NCBI GenBank assembly: GCA_964537635.1
Contig: CAZICJ010000004.1
Span: 11,797 to 75,796, forward strand
DNA from: an uncultured Pirellulales bacterium
GTDB lineage: Bacteria; Planctomycetota; Phycisphaerae; Sedimentisphaerales; Anaerohalosphaeraceae
Direction: 5' to 3'
Length of the DNA: 64,000 nucleotides
Shown: positions 10,815 through 19,913 of the stretch, one piece after another
How the letters are laid out: every line of letters begins with the position of its first letter
How positions within the stretch are numbered: position 1 is the stretch's first letter
Program-made: the position numbers and the translations under genes
Notes under the pieces: generated by a model
What the model was told of the DNA's origin: nothing
Databases searched by the model: none
The model's input: the letters and a program-made list of their open reading frames with translations, nothing else

Positions 10815-10850
10815 AAAACCCGTCGGCTGTATTTTTCCGGCGGGTTTTTT
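10815..10850 (+). terminator. Rho-independent terminator
   Basis: aaaacccgtcgg/ccggcgggtttt hairpin with T run. Confidence 0.65.
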
Positions 10851-10884
10851 CTGTTGAGTGGATTTGTCAAACGACAGCGTGAAA

Positions 10885-11328
10885 ATGGGTGCAATGAACA
10901 ATAAATGGTACAGAGGCGGATTGCATTTTGAGTGTCTGGGCTGCGGCAACTGCTGCGCCGGACCCGCAGAAGGCTATATTTGGATTACGCCGCCGGAAAT
11001 TGAGCGGCTGGCGCGCTTTTTGAACCTGAGCGAAAAAGACCTGCGCCGCCAGTATCTCAAACGCGCGGGCCTTCGTACCAGCATTATCGAAGACCCCAGC
11101 ACCAATGACTGTATTTTTCTGCAAACATCCGCTGACGGCAAACGCGGCTGTGCGGTCTATCCTGTTCGACCCAATCAGTGCCGCACCTGGCCGTTCTGGA
11201 GCGGCAATATCGCCAGCCCGGACGACTGGAACCAGGCGGCCGTGCGATGCCCCGGCATTAACCGCGGGCCTGAATTTACCGCCGAGCAGATTGAAGCTGC
11301 ACGCAATCAAAAAACCTGGTGGGAGTAG
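10885..11328 (+). CDS. YkgJ-family cysteine cluster protein
   Basis: GLHFECLGCGNCC, CIFL, CAVYPVRPNQCRTWPFW; start could also be 10858 or 10894. Confidence 0.8.
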   Translation: MGAMNNKWYRGGLHFECLGCGNCCAGPAEGYIWITPPEIERLARFLNLSEKDLRRQYLKRAGLRTSIIEDPSTNDCIFLQTSADGKRGCAVYPVRPNQCRTWPFWSGNIASPDDWNQAAVRCPGINRGPEFTAEQIEAARNQKTWWE

Positions 11329-11396
11329 AATGGTGTTGGTAATGGATGTCTGGATGTATTTGGCAAGGATAATTTGGGCCAAAAGGATGAAACGAG

Positions 11397-12332
11397 ATGA
11401 TTAAACGATATCATGTTGCAGGAAAAGGGCTGATCGAATCCAGCCAGGATGTCGGGGCTATTCTTGTCGCCGCCGGTCCGGATGAGAAGGAGCGAACCCT
11501 TCTTCAGGAGCAGTTCCATCTGGATGAATATGATATGGCGTCTATCTTTGACCCGGATGAAGTGCCGCGTCTGGACGTCGCCGGCGGGCGGCTGCTGGCG
11601 ATTTGGAAATTCCCGGAAAAAGCCCTGATTACCAATGTCATTGAACTGGGCGTCAAGGTATCGGGGCTGGCGATATTTCAGGACAATCTTGCCCTGATCG
11701 AGCCGCCTGCCAATTTATATTTCAAGGACCGTGAGTTTAGAAATGTCGGCGACGTCAAAGATGTACTGCTGGCGTTTCTGCTGTGTTCTGTCCGTCATTT
11801 TGTCGGCCACCTCAAGGCGATTAAGCAAATCAGCGTCGAATTGGAAAAGAAGATTACCGTGTCGATGGAAAATCGGCATCTGATTCAAATGTTCAGTTTG
11901 AGCGAGAGCCTTGTCTATTATATCGACGCTATCGAGGGGAATGCTGCCGTTCTGGCAAGGCTGCGCCATATTGGCGGCCAATATGGTTTCGACGCCAATC
12001 ATCTTGCGCTGCTGGACGATATCATTCTGGAAAATACACAAGCCGCCCGCCAGGCCAATATCTTCAGTTCGGTTCTCAGCGGCCTGATGGACGCTCGCGG
12101 CACCATCGTCAACAACAATATGAGTGTTCTGCTCAAAAATCTGACCCTGATTAATATCGTGTTTCTGCCGTTAAATCTGATTGCCGGCATTCTGGGTATG
12201 TCCGAATGGAGCATGATGACGCAGAAGTTCGGCTGGCAGATGCCGTATATTCTGTTTTGTGTCGCGATGCTTGCGATTGGCTGGGGTACCTGGATACTGA
12301 TGAAAAAATTAGTGGACCGCGGTCCGCAATAA
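11397..12332 (+). CDS. corA: CorA-family Mg2+/Co2+ transporter
   Basis: Soluble N-domain, two C-terminal TMs, GILGMS variant of the GMN loop. Confidence 0.8.
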   Translation: MIKRYHVAGKGLIESSQDVGAILVAAGPDEKERTLLQEQFHLDEYDMASIFDPDEVPRLDVAGGRLLAIWKFPEKALITNVIELGVKVSGLAIFQDNLALIEPPANLYFKDREFRNVGDVKDVLLAFLLCSVRHFVGHLKAIKQISVELEKKITVSMENRHLIQMFSLSESLVYYIDAIEGNAAVLARLRHIGGQYGFDANHLALLDDIILENTQAARQANIFSSVLSGLMDARGTIVNNNMSVLLKNLTLINIVFLPLNLIAGILGMSEWSMMTQKFGWQMPYILFCVAMLAIGWGTWILMKKLVDRGPQ

Positions 12333-12383
12333 TCAATACCGGCAATCGTTGTCTGGGGCCGCAGCGTACGGCGGGAAAAATAA

Positions 12384-12803
12384 ATGGATGAGTCCCTGTG
12401 TAAAATAGTCGATGATGTTGAGGATGCATATCGGCGTCTTCAATCGCAGCTTGACTCGGCAAACCCGCACTGCAACGCCTGCGGGCAATGCTGCGATTTC
12501 GACGCTTTCGGCCATCGGCTCTATCTCACAACACCGGAACTGCTGTATTTCAAGACCCGGCTGGCTGAAAACGGCATCCCTCCGCGTCCGATGACCGGCG
12601 GCGTCTGTCCCTGGCGAGTTGAAGGCAAATGTTCGGTCTATGCGTGGCGGTTTGCGGGCTGCCGGATTTTCAACTGTACCGGCGATGCGGACTTGCAAAG
12701 CCGCCTGAGCGAGGAGATACTTTCCTGCATGAAACGGATTTGTCAAACGCAAAACCTGCCCTATCAATACAGGGACTTGAAGTCGGCGTTGAATACGCAA
12801 TGA
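12384..12803 (+). CDS. YkgJ-like cysteine cluster protein
   Basis: CNACGQCCDF, CPW, CSVYAWRFAGCRIFNC. Confidence 0.7.
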   Translation: MDESLCKIVDDVEDAYRRLQSQLDSANPHCNACGQCCDFDAFGHRLYLTTPELLYFKTRLAENGIPPRPMTGGVCPWRVEGKCSVYAWRFAGCRIFNCTGDADLQSRLSEEILSCMKRICQTQNLPYQYRDLKSALNTQ

Positions 12804-12846
12804 ACAGGCGGTTCGGATTCAATAGTAATAAGAACAGGAGGCTCCA

Positions 12847-13056
12847 ATGAAAAAATTGTTTTTCCTCAAATGGCTCAATATCATTCTTGCCGTCATATTT
12901 TTTCTGCAGGTCGGCACAGTTTTTTTCAGGCCGATGATTCCCGGCAAGCTGTTTTTTCCGGTGCACGCATGGGTGGGCAGGACGCTGATTCTGGCGGTGA
13001 TAGTGCATATCCTCATGAACTGGGGCTGGATCAAAACCAACATCCTGAAAAAATGA
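12847..13056 (+). CDS. Small 2-TM membrane protein (DUF4405-like, His-containing)
   Basis: Two hydrophobic helices each with a His (VHAW, VHIL..NWGW); RBS AGGAGG. Confidence 0.6.
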   Translation: MKKLFFLKWLNIILAVIFFLQVGTVFFRPMIPGKLFFPVHAWVGRTLILAVIVHILMNWGWIKTNILKK

Positions 13057-13071
13057 CCCGGCCTTCAGAAT

Positions 13072-14043
13072 TCACGCAAACTGCCGGCGGACCATATCAA
13101 TCGACAAAAACAAGTCGCCCGGACAGCCTTGTCTGCCGTTGATAAATGCGGCAAAATCCATCCGTCCTGAGCCGGCGGGCTTGATGCTTTTGATTTCCAG
13201 CTTTCCCTGTCCGCAGATAATTCGCAGTTGGTCATCAAGGATGCCGTGCATGGCGGGCTGGTGTTTATCCAACTCCACCGCATAGGCGTCGGCAATGCTC
13301 ACCTGCCAGGATTTACCCGTCTTTGCCGACACATAGACCGCCTGCGTTCCCGGCCAGGGCCACAAGCCGCGAATCTGATTGGCAATCGCCGCCGCCGGCC
13401 GGCTCCAGTCGATAAAGCCATGTTCTTTTTTGAGCTTGGGGGCTTTGGTTACCAGCGATTCATCCTGCGGCAGATAGTGTGCGGCGTCGCAGTCAATTTG
13501 GCCGATGGTCTCTATCAATAAGGGCGCCGAAAGCTGCGACAGCCGGTCATGCACTGTCTGAAAATTATCCTCCGGCTCGATGGCCGTCTGTGCCTGTCCG
13601 AGTATCAGGCCGGCGTCCATCCGGTCGGCAAGCGTAATAACGCTGACGCCCGTGCGGCTCTCGCCGTTAATAATCGCCCAGTGAATCGGCGCTGCCCCGC
13701 GATACCTGGGCAATAACGACCCGTGTACATTGATTGCACCGTGGGAAAATGACTGCACCAGCGGCTGGGAAATTTTCTGACCAAAGGCAATGACAACTAA
13801 CAGGTCGCCGCCATACGCCTTGACTTGCTGTACCGCGGACGGCTCGTTGATGTTGTCGGATTCGATACAGGGGATATTGTGCTCCCGACACCAGATGGCG
13901 ACATCGGTGGCTTTCAGTTGGCGATGTCGGCCGGCCGGCCGAGCGGGCTGCGTAAAAACCGCCGCCAATTCGTGTCCGCTGGCGGCAATTGCCTCCAGAC
14001 ACGGAATGCCGAATGAAGATGAACCAAAATAGACAATGCGCAT
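13072..14043 (-). CDS. fmt: Methionyl-tRNA formyltransferase
   Basis: VFTQPARPAGR, INVHGSLLPRYRGAAPI, MDAG. Confidence 0.95.
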   Translation of the reverse strand: MRIVYFGSSSFGIPCLEAIAASGHELAAVFTQPARPAGRHRQLKATDVAIWCREHNIPCIESDNINEPSAVQQVKAYGGDLLVVIAFGQKISQPLVQSFSHGAINVHGSLLPRYRGAAPIHWAIINGESRTGVSVITLADRMDAGLILGQAQTAIEPEDNFQTVHDRLSQLSAPLLIETIGQIDCDAAHYLPQDESLVTKAPKLKKEHGFIDWSRPAAAIANQIRGLWPWPGTQAVYVSAKTGKSWQVSIADAYAVELDKHQPAMHGILDDQLRIICGQGKLEIKSIKPAGSGRMDFAAFINGRQGCPGDLFLSIDMVRRQFA

Positions 14044-14054
14044 AACAAGGGGTC

Positions 14055-14588
14055 TCAGGAATCGGCGTTCTTATTGTCGTATTCTTCTTGAAGCTGACCG
14101 AGCCGGCGGCGGGCGCGGAGTTTGGCCGCCTGCGTCATCCGGTCTTTTATCAGTATGCCCTGCAAGTGGTCGTACTCATGCTGAAATGCCCTTGCCAGCA
14201 GACCGTGGCCGGTTTCCGTAAAGGGATTGCCGTCCAAATCCACCGCATGAACTGTGCAGCAGGCATAACGTTTGATTTTCGCATAGATGCCGGGTATCGA
14301 CAGGCAGCCTTCCTCGTTTTCGTCCAGTGGGCCGGACAATTCGATTTTCGGATTGATATAGACGGTCGCGCCTTCTTTGGTGCCGTCCAGCGATACGACA
14401 AAGATTTGCAGATCGACCCCCGCCTGCGGACCCGCAAGGCCGATGCCCTTCTGTTCAACCATAATGTCTTTCATCCGTTCGACCAGCGCCCGTAAGGATG
14501 CGTCAAAGACAGTGATTTCTTTGGCCGTCTTGCCCAGCACCGGTTCCGGAAACCGGGTGATTTTGCATGTGGTATAATCGTTGCCCAT
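14055..14588 (-). CDS. def: Peptide deformylase
   Basis: GIGLAGPQ, EGCLS, QHEYDHL. Confidence 0.96.
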   Translation of the reverse strand: MGNDYTTCKITRFPEPVLGKTAKEITVFDASLRALVERMKDIMVEQKGIGLAGPQAGVDLQIFVVSLDGTKEGATVYINPKIELSGPLDENEEGCLSIPGIYAKIKRYACCTVHAVDLDGNPFTETGHGLLARAFQHEYDHLQGILIKDRMTQAAKLRARRRLGQLQEEYDNKNADS

Positions 14589-14613
14589 AAATTATTTTTT
14601 CAGTTCCAGTGTA

Positions 14614-15360
14614 TTAGTCGTCGAACTCATCGCCCTTAAAGATGCTGCCCAGATAGCTCTTTTGCACCCGTTCGTTCTGGATGATATCGCGCGGCGAGCC
14701 TTCGGCAATCACTTTGCCGTGGTCGATAATATAGGCCTTGTCGGCCACTTCCAGTGTCCGCTCGACATTGTGGTCGGTAATCAGAATGCTCACGCCGCTG
14801 GCGACCAACCGGCGAATCTCGCCCTGCAATTCCTCCACCGCAATCGGGTCCACCCCGCTAAACGGCTCATCGAGCAGAATCAGGGATGGATTGGTAACCA
14901 TCGCACGGGCGATTTCCAGTTTTCGCCGTTCACCGCCGGACAAAAACCGCGCCTGACTCTTGACCACTTCGGTCAGGCCGAACCGCTCAACCAATTCATC
15001 GGCGCGTTGTTTGCGCTGGGCGGATGTCAGGCGCATCGTTTCCAGAATGGCCAGCAGATTGTCCCGCACCGTCAACCGCTGAAAGACGCTGGGCTCCTGC
15101 GATAAATACCCCATCCCCAGCCGGGCGCGTTTATACATCGGCAGCCGGGTGATATCCGTGCCTTCAAAGATAACCGTGCCTTCATCCGGCACAATCATCC
15201 CGACGGCCATCCGAAAGGTTGTCGTCTTGCCGGCGCCGTTGCGCCCCAGCAGGCCGACAATACTGCGCTGACCGACCGTGATATTGACCTGGTTGACCAC
15301 CGTGCGTCCGGAGTATTTTTTTACCAGACCCTGTGTCTGAAGCAGTGTCATCTGTACCAA
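14614..15360 (-). CDS. lptB: LPS export ABC transporter ATP-binding subunit
   Basis: GRNGAGKTT, GMGYLSQEPSVF, LSGGERRKLEIAR, DEPFSGVDP, ITDHNV. Confidence 0.93.
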   Translation of the reverse strand: MVQMTLLQTQGLVKKYSGRTVVNQVNITVGQRSIVGLLGRNGAGKTTTFRMAVGMIVPDEGTVIFEGTDITRLPMYKRARLGMGYLSQEPSVFQRLTVRDNLLAILETMRLTSAQRKQRADELVERFGLTEVVKSQARFLSGGERRKLEIARAMVTNPSLILLDEPFSGVDPIAVEELQGEIRRLVASGVSILITDHNVERTLEVADKAYIIDHGKVIAEGSPRDIIQNERVQKSYLGSIFKGDEFDD

Positions 15361-15563
15361 TGAATGTCTCCTATTAATATAAGGCCGCCAGAGTTTCTAT
15401 GCGGCGATGGTATTATATCAGCCCGAAGCCTTCCTGCCAAAGCCCTTTTTTGAACTCTTGACAGTAAAATCAAGGGTTTCATTTGGCGCAAAGGGCTTTT
15501 TCTGGTATGGTACGCCCTTTTAGTACGCCCTTTTGTGAGAACGGTTTACTATCAAGGAATATT

Positions 15564-16262
15564 ATGCTGAAAACCAGTCCATTTGAAGACCTTTTCAAGC
15601 AATTGGGGGCAAATTTTGCCGACTATGACGGCTGGCGGTTGCCGGCCGACTTCGGGCATCCCCAAAAAGAACACGATGCGTTGGCTAAACATTGTGCGGC
15701 ATTTGACTTATGCGCCTTTGGGCGAATCTCTGTCAAGGGCGATGATGCCGCCGAGGTGATAACGGCTGCCGGATTCGATATTACCCAGATTAACACCCGT
15801 CAGCAATGGATGTGGGCAAAGACAGATACGGATTGTCCAATTCGAATTGCTTGCCTTGGCGACGATTTTATCATTTTGACAATGCCGTCAAAACATCAGG
15901 ACATCATCGCCAAACTTGACCAAATCAAAATAAAGAACTCCTACAATGTCCAAATAGTCGATTTGAGTGCAAAAATGGTGATGCTTGGGCTGTATGGACC
16001 CCAGGCAGTGGATGCGATGCAAGGCGTTTTGCCGTTTGAAATAGACGATTTGGAAGAATTTGGCACGATGCCAGTTTCCGTATTCCTGATGAACTTTATC
16101 GTGATTCGGGGAAGTTGGACAAAAGGCGATGGCTTGGAGCTTCTTTGCCCAGCGGGGACGGCCGGCATAATTTCATCCGCAATTGTCAAATATCATAAGA
16201 AATACCATATCAGCCCGGCCGGAATGAATTGCCTGCTGCATGCGATAAAAAACAGGTCGTAA
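15564..16262 (+). CDS. GcvT/aminomethyltransferase folate-binding-domain protein (lacks C-terminal barrel)
   Basis: GANFADYDGWRLPADFG...EH.A...AAFDL..FGRI.VKGDDA N-terminus. Confidence 0.65.
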   Translation: MLKTSPFEDLFKQLGANFADYDGWRLPADFGHPQKEHDALAKHCAAFDLCAFGRISVKGDDAAEVITAAGFDITQINTRQQWMWAKTDTDCPIRIACLGDDFIILTMPSKHQDIIAKLDQIKIKNSYNVQIVDLSAKMVMLGLYGPQAVDAMQGVLPFEIDDLEEFGTMPVSVFLMNFIVIRGSWTKGDGLELLCPAGTAGIISSAIVKYHKKYHISPAGMNCLLHAIKNRS

Positions 16263-16357
16263 ATATCCAGAAATTTCCGCCACGATTTGTTGGGCATTGG
16301 ACTGGATATTCCCTTGGATGTGTGGTATAAGGAGGTGCTATTTTATTGGAATAATCA

Positions 16358-17143
16358 ATGTCGGAAAAATTTGCGATAATCAGTGATATACATTCGAATC
16401 TGGAAGCCCTGACGACAGTCCTTAAGGACATCGAGCAGCGGGGCATTCAGAAAATCTATTGTTTGGGTGATATTGTCGGCTATGCCGCCAATCCCAAAGA
16501 ATGTCTGGACTTGGTCATAGAAAAAACAGAAAACTGCGTGATGGGCAACCATGACTATGCGGTGCTGTTTGAGCCGACCAATTTCAACAGCGGCGCCGAG
16601 GCGGCGACCTATTGGACGCGCAAGGTACTGGAAGACGAGCCGGACAGGGAAAAGGCCGAAAAACGCTGGAAGTATCTCGGACAGCAGAAGATGCGCTGGA
16701 CATTGAATACCAAATTGGATGGCGTTGAAGCCCAATTGGATTTTGTTCACGCTTCGCCTCGGCGTCCCATCAACGAATATATCTTCCCCGACGATGTCTA
16801 TACCACCACCGGCAAAGTCGGGGCGCTGTTCGACAAGGTCAAGCATATATGTTTTGTCGGGCATACCCATCTGCCGGGCGTTTTCCTCAGCGAACCGGAT
16901 TTTTATCCGCCGGACGAACTGGGCTGGAAATATCCAATTATCCCCGACGAAAAAGCCATTATCAATGTCGGCTCGGTCGGCCAGCCAAGAGACCGCGACA
17001 GCCGCACCAGTTATGTCTTTATTGAAGGCAATGAGGTCAATTTTGTCCGTCTGGAATACGACTACAAGGCAACCGCTGCCAAAATCTACGCCATCGAGGA
17101 ACTGGATAATTTTGAGGGCGATCGACTGGCCGACGGGCGATAG
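16358..17143 (+). CDS. Metallophosphoesterase (calcineurin-like) family protein
   Basis: ISDIHSN, LGDIVGY, GNHD, VHASP, GHTH, NVGSVGQPRD. Confidence 0.9.
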   Translation: MSEKFAIISDIHSNLEALTTVLKDIEQRGIQKIYCLGDIVGYAANPKECLDLVIEKTENCVMGNHDYAVLFEPTNFNSGAEAATYWTRKVLEDEPDREKAEKRWKYLGQQKMRWTLNTKLDGVEAQLDFVHASPRRPINEYIFPDDVYTTTGKVGALFDKVKHICFVGHTHLPGVFLSEPDFYPPDELGWKYPIIPDEKAIINVGSVGQPRDRDSRTSYVFIEGNEVNFVRLEYDYKATAAKIYAIEELDNFEGDRLADGR

Positions 17144-17151
17144 AGAAATGT

Positions 17152-19110
17152 ATGGCATATAATACAACCATAAACAATACAACTCTCAATCTTGAAAACG
17201 CGGCCGCTTTTTTGGGAATATCGACCGCAACGGTCAGGAACTGGGTCAAATGCGGTCGGTTGCGTACTATTGATAAGGATGCCAACGATTTCTTTTGCTT
17301 AAATGAAGTAAAATCTATAAAGATGAAAATCGCCAGCGGCGATATTGGAAGGCTTAACAAAAGGGCAAATAAGACGACAGCCAACCGAGCATTTGTGCCG
17401 AATGAATACCTGGCTGATAAGAAAAATTTGGCTTGCTGGAATGAAATTATCCATTTTATAAAGGATAACCCTCTCGATTTGTCTGTTATACTTTTACTGG
17501 TCAGTCTTAATGTATTGAAAAAAGAGAGCCTTTTGTTTCACATAAGCATTGACGACCTGGTTGAGCGAAAACCGTTGTTTATTTCAAACGACCAGTTACA
17601 AACAGAGATGCAATCCTGGCTCTCTGGCACACCATTGGAAAGAATAAAAGAATCTCACACTTTTTTACTTGAATGTCCTCTCCCTGAACAGCGGGACATT
17701 CTTGGATGTCTATATCAGTCTCTACAGGTAGAGGGAAAAAAATCTCAAAACGGTTCTTATTATACGCCATCTTATATCGTGGATGAAATTGTTCGCGACC
17801 ATGTAAAAAGAGATTCAAAAGTTCTTGATCCCTGTTGCGGAACGGGACAGTTTTTGCTGGCATTTTCAGAAACCATTGAAAATCCGTCGAATATCTACGG
17901 CGTAGACATAGACCCAATTGCGGTCAGAATCGCCCGCCTGAATCTTTTGATAAAGTATAAAAATCATCGCTTTGTCCCCAAAATTACCTGCAAAAACGCT
18001 CTCTTGGATATCGGCGGCTATGATTTATTCAACGCCAACGATGAAACAATAAAAGAGTTCGATGTGATCGCAACCAATCCGCCGTGGGGTGTTCATTTTC
18101 CAAAAGACATTCTCAAAAAACTGCGTACTGACTATCCCGAAATATCCTCACTGGAATCCTTTTCCTATTTTTTAAAAAAAGGAATCGCTTTGCTTAAAGA
18201 CGGAGGAATTGCCTCTTTTATTCTGCCGGAATCCATATTGAATGTAAAAACCCACAGGGATATCAGAGACCTAATCCTGAAAAATACGCATGTTGAAAAA
18301 ATAGTCTATCTCAACCGTGTCTTTAAAAACGTATTTACGTCTGTTATTCGGTTGGATTTAAAAAAGGGACAAGCCGCCGGGGGTGATACGGAAATTTGCA
18401 GGGACGAATGCATTTGTCGTATCAATCCGCTCCGATGGAAGGCGAATCCGGACTTCATCTTTGACATACATGTCAATAATGCGGATTCGGAAATCATTTC
18501 AAGAATATATGAATGCCCGCACACAACATTGGAAAGAAATGCGGAATGGGCGCTGGGGATTGTTACAGGAGATAACGAAAAATATGTAATCAATACGCCC
18601 AGAGCTGGATTCGAAGAAGTTTATAAGGGCAAAGATGTCGCCCCGTTTGCATTGAAGAACCCAACCAGTTATATTCGGTTTGTGCCCGAATCTTTTCAGC
18701 AGGTCGCTCCCATTGAAAAATACCGTAGCAGGGAGAAACTGATTTACCGGTTTATCTCGAAGGGGCTTGTTTTTGCGTACGACGACAGGCAAAAATTAAC
18801 GCTGAACAGCGCCAATATCGTAATACCTATGGTTCGTAATTATCCAATCAAGGTTATTGCAGCGTTGTTTAATTCTTCCTTGTATCAATTTCTCTTTCAA
18901 AAGAAATTTTCAAGCATCAAGGTTTTACGCAGTCATATTGAACAATTGCCTTTGCCGCTCTGGGGCAAAAAGGAGATGGATGAAATTGTCAACAGGGTGG
19001 ACAAAATCATAAAAAAACAGGGCGATGTTGAGGCGCTGGACAATTACATTATGCGTCTATACGGGCTGTCGACAAACGAGATTGACTATATAAGGAACGC
19101 AATCAATTAA
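17152..19110 (+). CDS. N6-adenine DNA methyltransferase (gamma class, TaqI/Eco57I-like) with N-terminal HTH
   Basis: GSYYTP, VLDPCCGTGQF (motif I), IATNPPW (motif IV), TaqI-like C-terminal TRD (EKLIYRFI...AYDD...LNSANI); N-terminal AAAFLGISTATVRNWVK HTH. Confidence 0.85.
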   Translation: MAYNTTINNTTLNLENAAAFLGISTATVRNWVKCGRLRTIDKDANDFFCLNEVKSIKMKIASGDIGRLNKRANKTTANRAFVPNEYLADKKNLACWNEIIHFIKDNPLDLSVILLLVSLNVLKKESLLFHISIDDLVERKPLFISNDQLQTEMQSWLSGTPLERIKESHTFLLECPLPEQRDILGCLYQSLQVEGKKSQNGSYYTPSYIVDEIVRDHVKRDSKVLDPCCGTGQFLLAFSETIENPSNIYGVDIDPIAVRIARLNLLIKYKNHRFVPKITCKNALLDIGGYDLFNANDETIKEFDVIATNPPWGVHFPKDILKKLRTDYPEISSLESFSYFLKKGIALLKDGGIASFILPESILNVKTHRDIRDLILKNTHVEKIVYLNRVFKNVFTSVIRLDLKKGQAAGGDTEICRDECICRINPLRWKANPDFIFDIHVNNADSEIISRIYECPHTTLERNAEWALGIVTGDNEKYVINTPRAGFEEVYKGKDVAPFALKNPTSYIRFVPESFQQVAPIEKYRSREKLIYRFISKGLVFAYDDRQKLTLNSANIVIPMVRNYPIKVIAALFNSSLYQFLFQKKFSSIKVLRSHIEQLPLPLWGKKEMDEIVNRVDKIIKKQGDVEALDNYIMRLYGLSTNEIDYIRNAIN

Positions 19111-19857
19111 ATGCAAATTCTGAAATTAAAACTTGAACAGATAATCGAATCGCTTTCTGCTGAAAGAAAAAGGCAACTGAAAAGCCGGTTGGATGATTTA
19201 ATCTCTGTCTATCCATTCAATGAATATGAATACATCATTTCGAGCTTATTGGGGCTGGGCAAGCTGACGCTGAACGGTTATCTGGAAATCAGAGATGAGT
19301 ACATTTCCCGCAATCTGTTTCTCTATATTTTTGAAATTTCGGCGCCGCGCGGATTTGGCGAGCAATGGGCGCAGGGACACCTCAAAGAGCTGGTTCCGCA
19401 ATTAGTCAAGCCAACTAAAAAACTGGATAAAAATTACTCTGGCCAGTATGATTTTTTATATTCATTGTCTGACAAGAATGTAATTCGGATTGAGGTGAAA
19501 GCGTCGCGTGCGGTGGATTTTGAAAGCCAGGAACCCTTGTATGTCAAGGCGCTGGCATGGGAATCAAAAAAGCCGTTTGATATGAATTTTCAGCAGGTCA
19601 AACCCGGATGCTGTGATGTATTTATTTGGATAGGTGTTTGGCGAGATGTTATTAGGTACTGGGTTTTGGCTTCAAAAGAGGTGGAATCCAACAAGCATTA
19701 TTCAAAAGGTCAGCATAGAGGAAATACAGGAGAGGGGCAGATTCATCTGAAACAGGACAACCTCGAAGAGTTTAGGCGATATGAGGTAAAACCCAATCAG
19801 TTGCTCAAGAAAATTAAAGCGGCGTACAAACGGCAAACTTCATCGTTGAAGAAATAA
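19111..19857 (+). CDS. Putative PD-(D/E)xK restriction endonuclease
   Basis: QYDFL...RIEVKAS catalytic motif, NFQQVKP..CDVF; abuts the methylase stop; AT-rich like the methylase. Confidence 0.65.
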   Translation: MQILKLKLEQIIESLSAERKRQLKSRLDDLISVYPFNEYEYIISSLLGLGKLTLNGYLEIRDEYISRNLFLYIFEISAPRGFGEQWAQGHLKELVPQLVKPTKKLDKNYSGQYDFLYSLSDKNVIRIEVKASRAVDFESQEPLYVKALAWESKKPFDMNFQQVKPGCCDVFIWIGVWRDVIRYWVLASKEVESNKHYSKGQHRGNTGEGQIHLKQDNLEEFRRYEVKPNQLLKKIKAAYKRQTSSLKK

Positions 19858-19913
19858 CGGCATTTCGCAGAATAAAATGAACATCGAATCAGTCAGTAAG
19901 GAACAAAAATAGA

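Noticed and set aside
16355-17182. 275-aa minus-strand ORF
   Set aside because: Antisense shadow of the metallophosphoesterase
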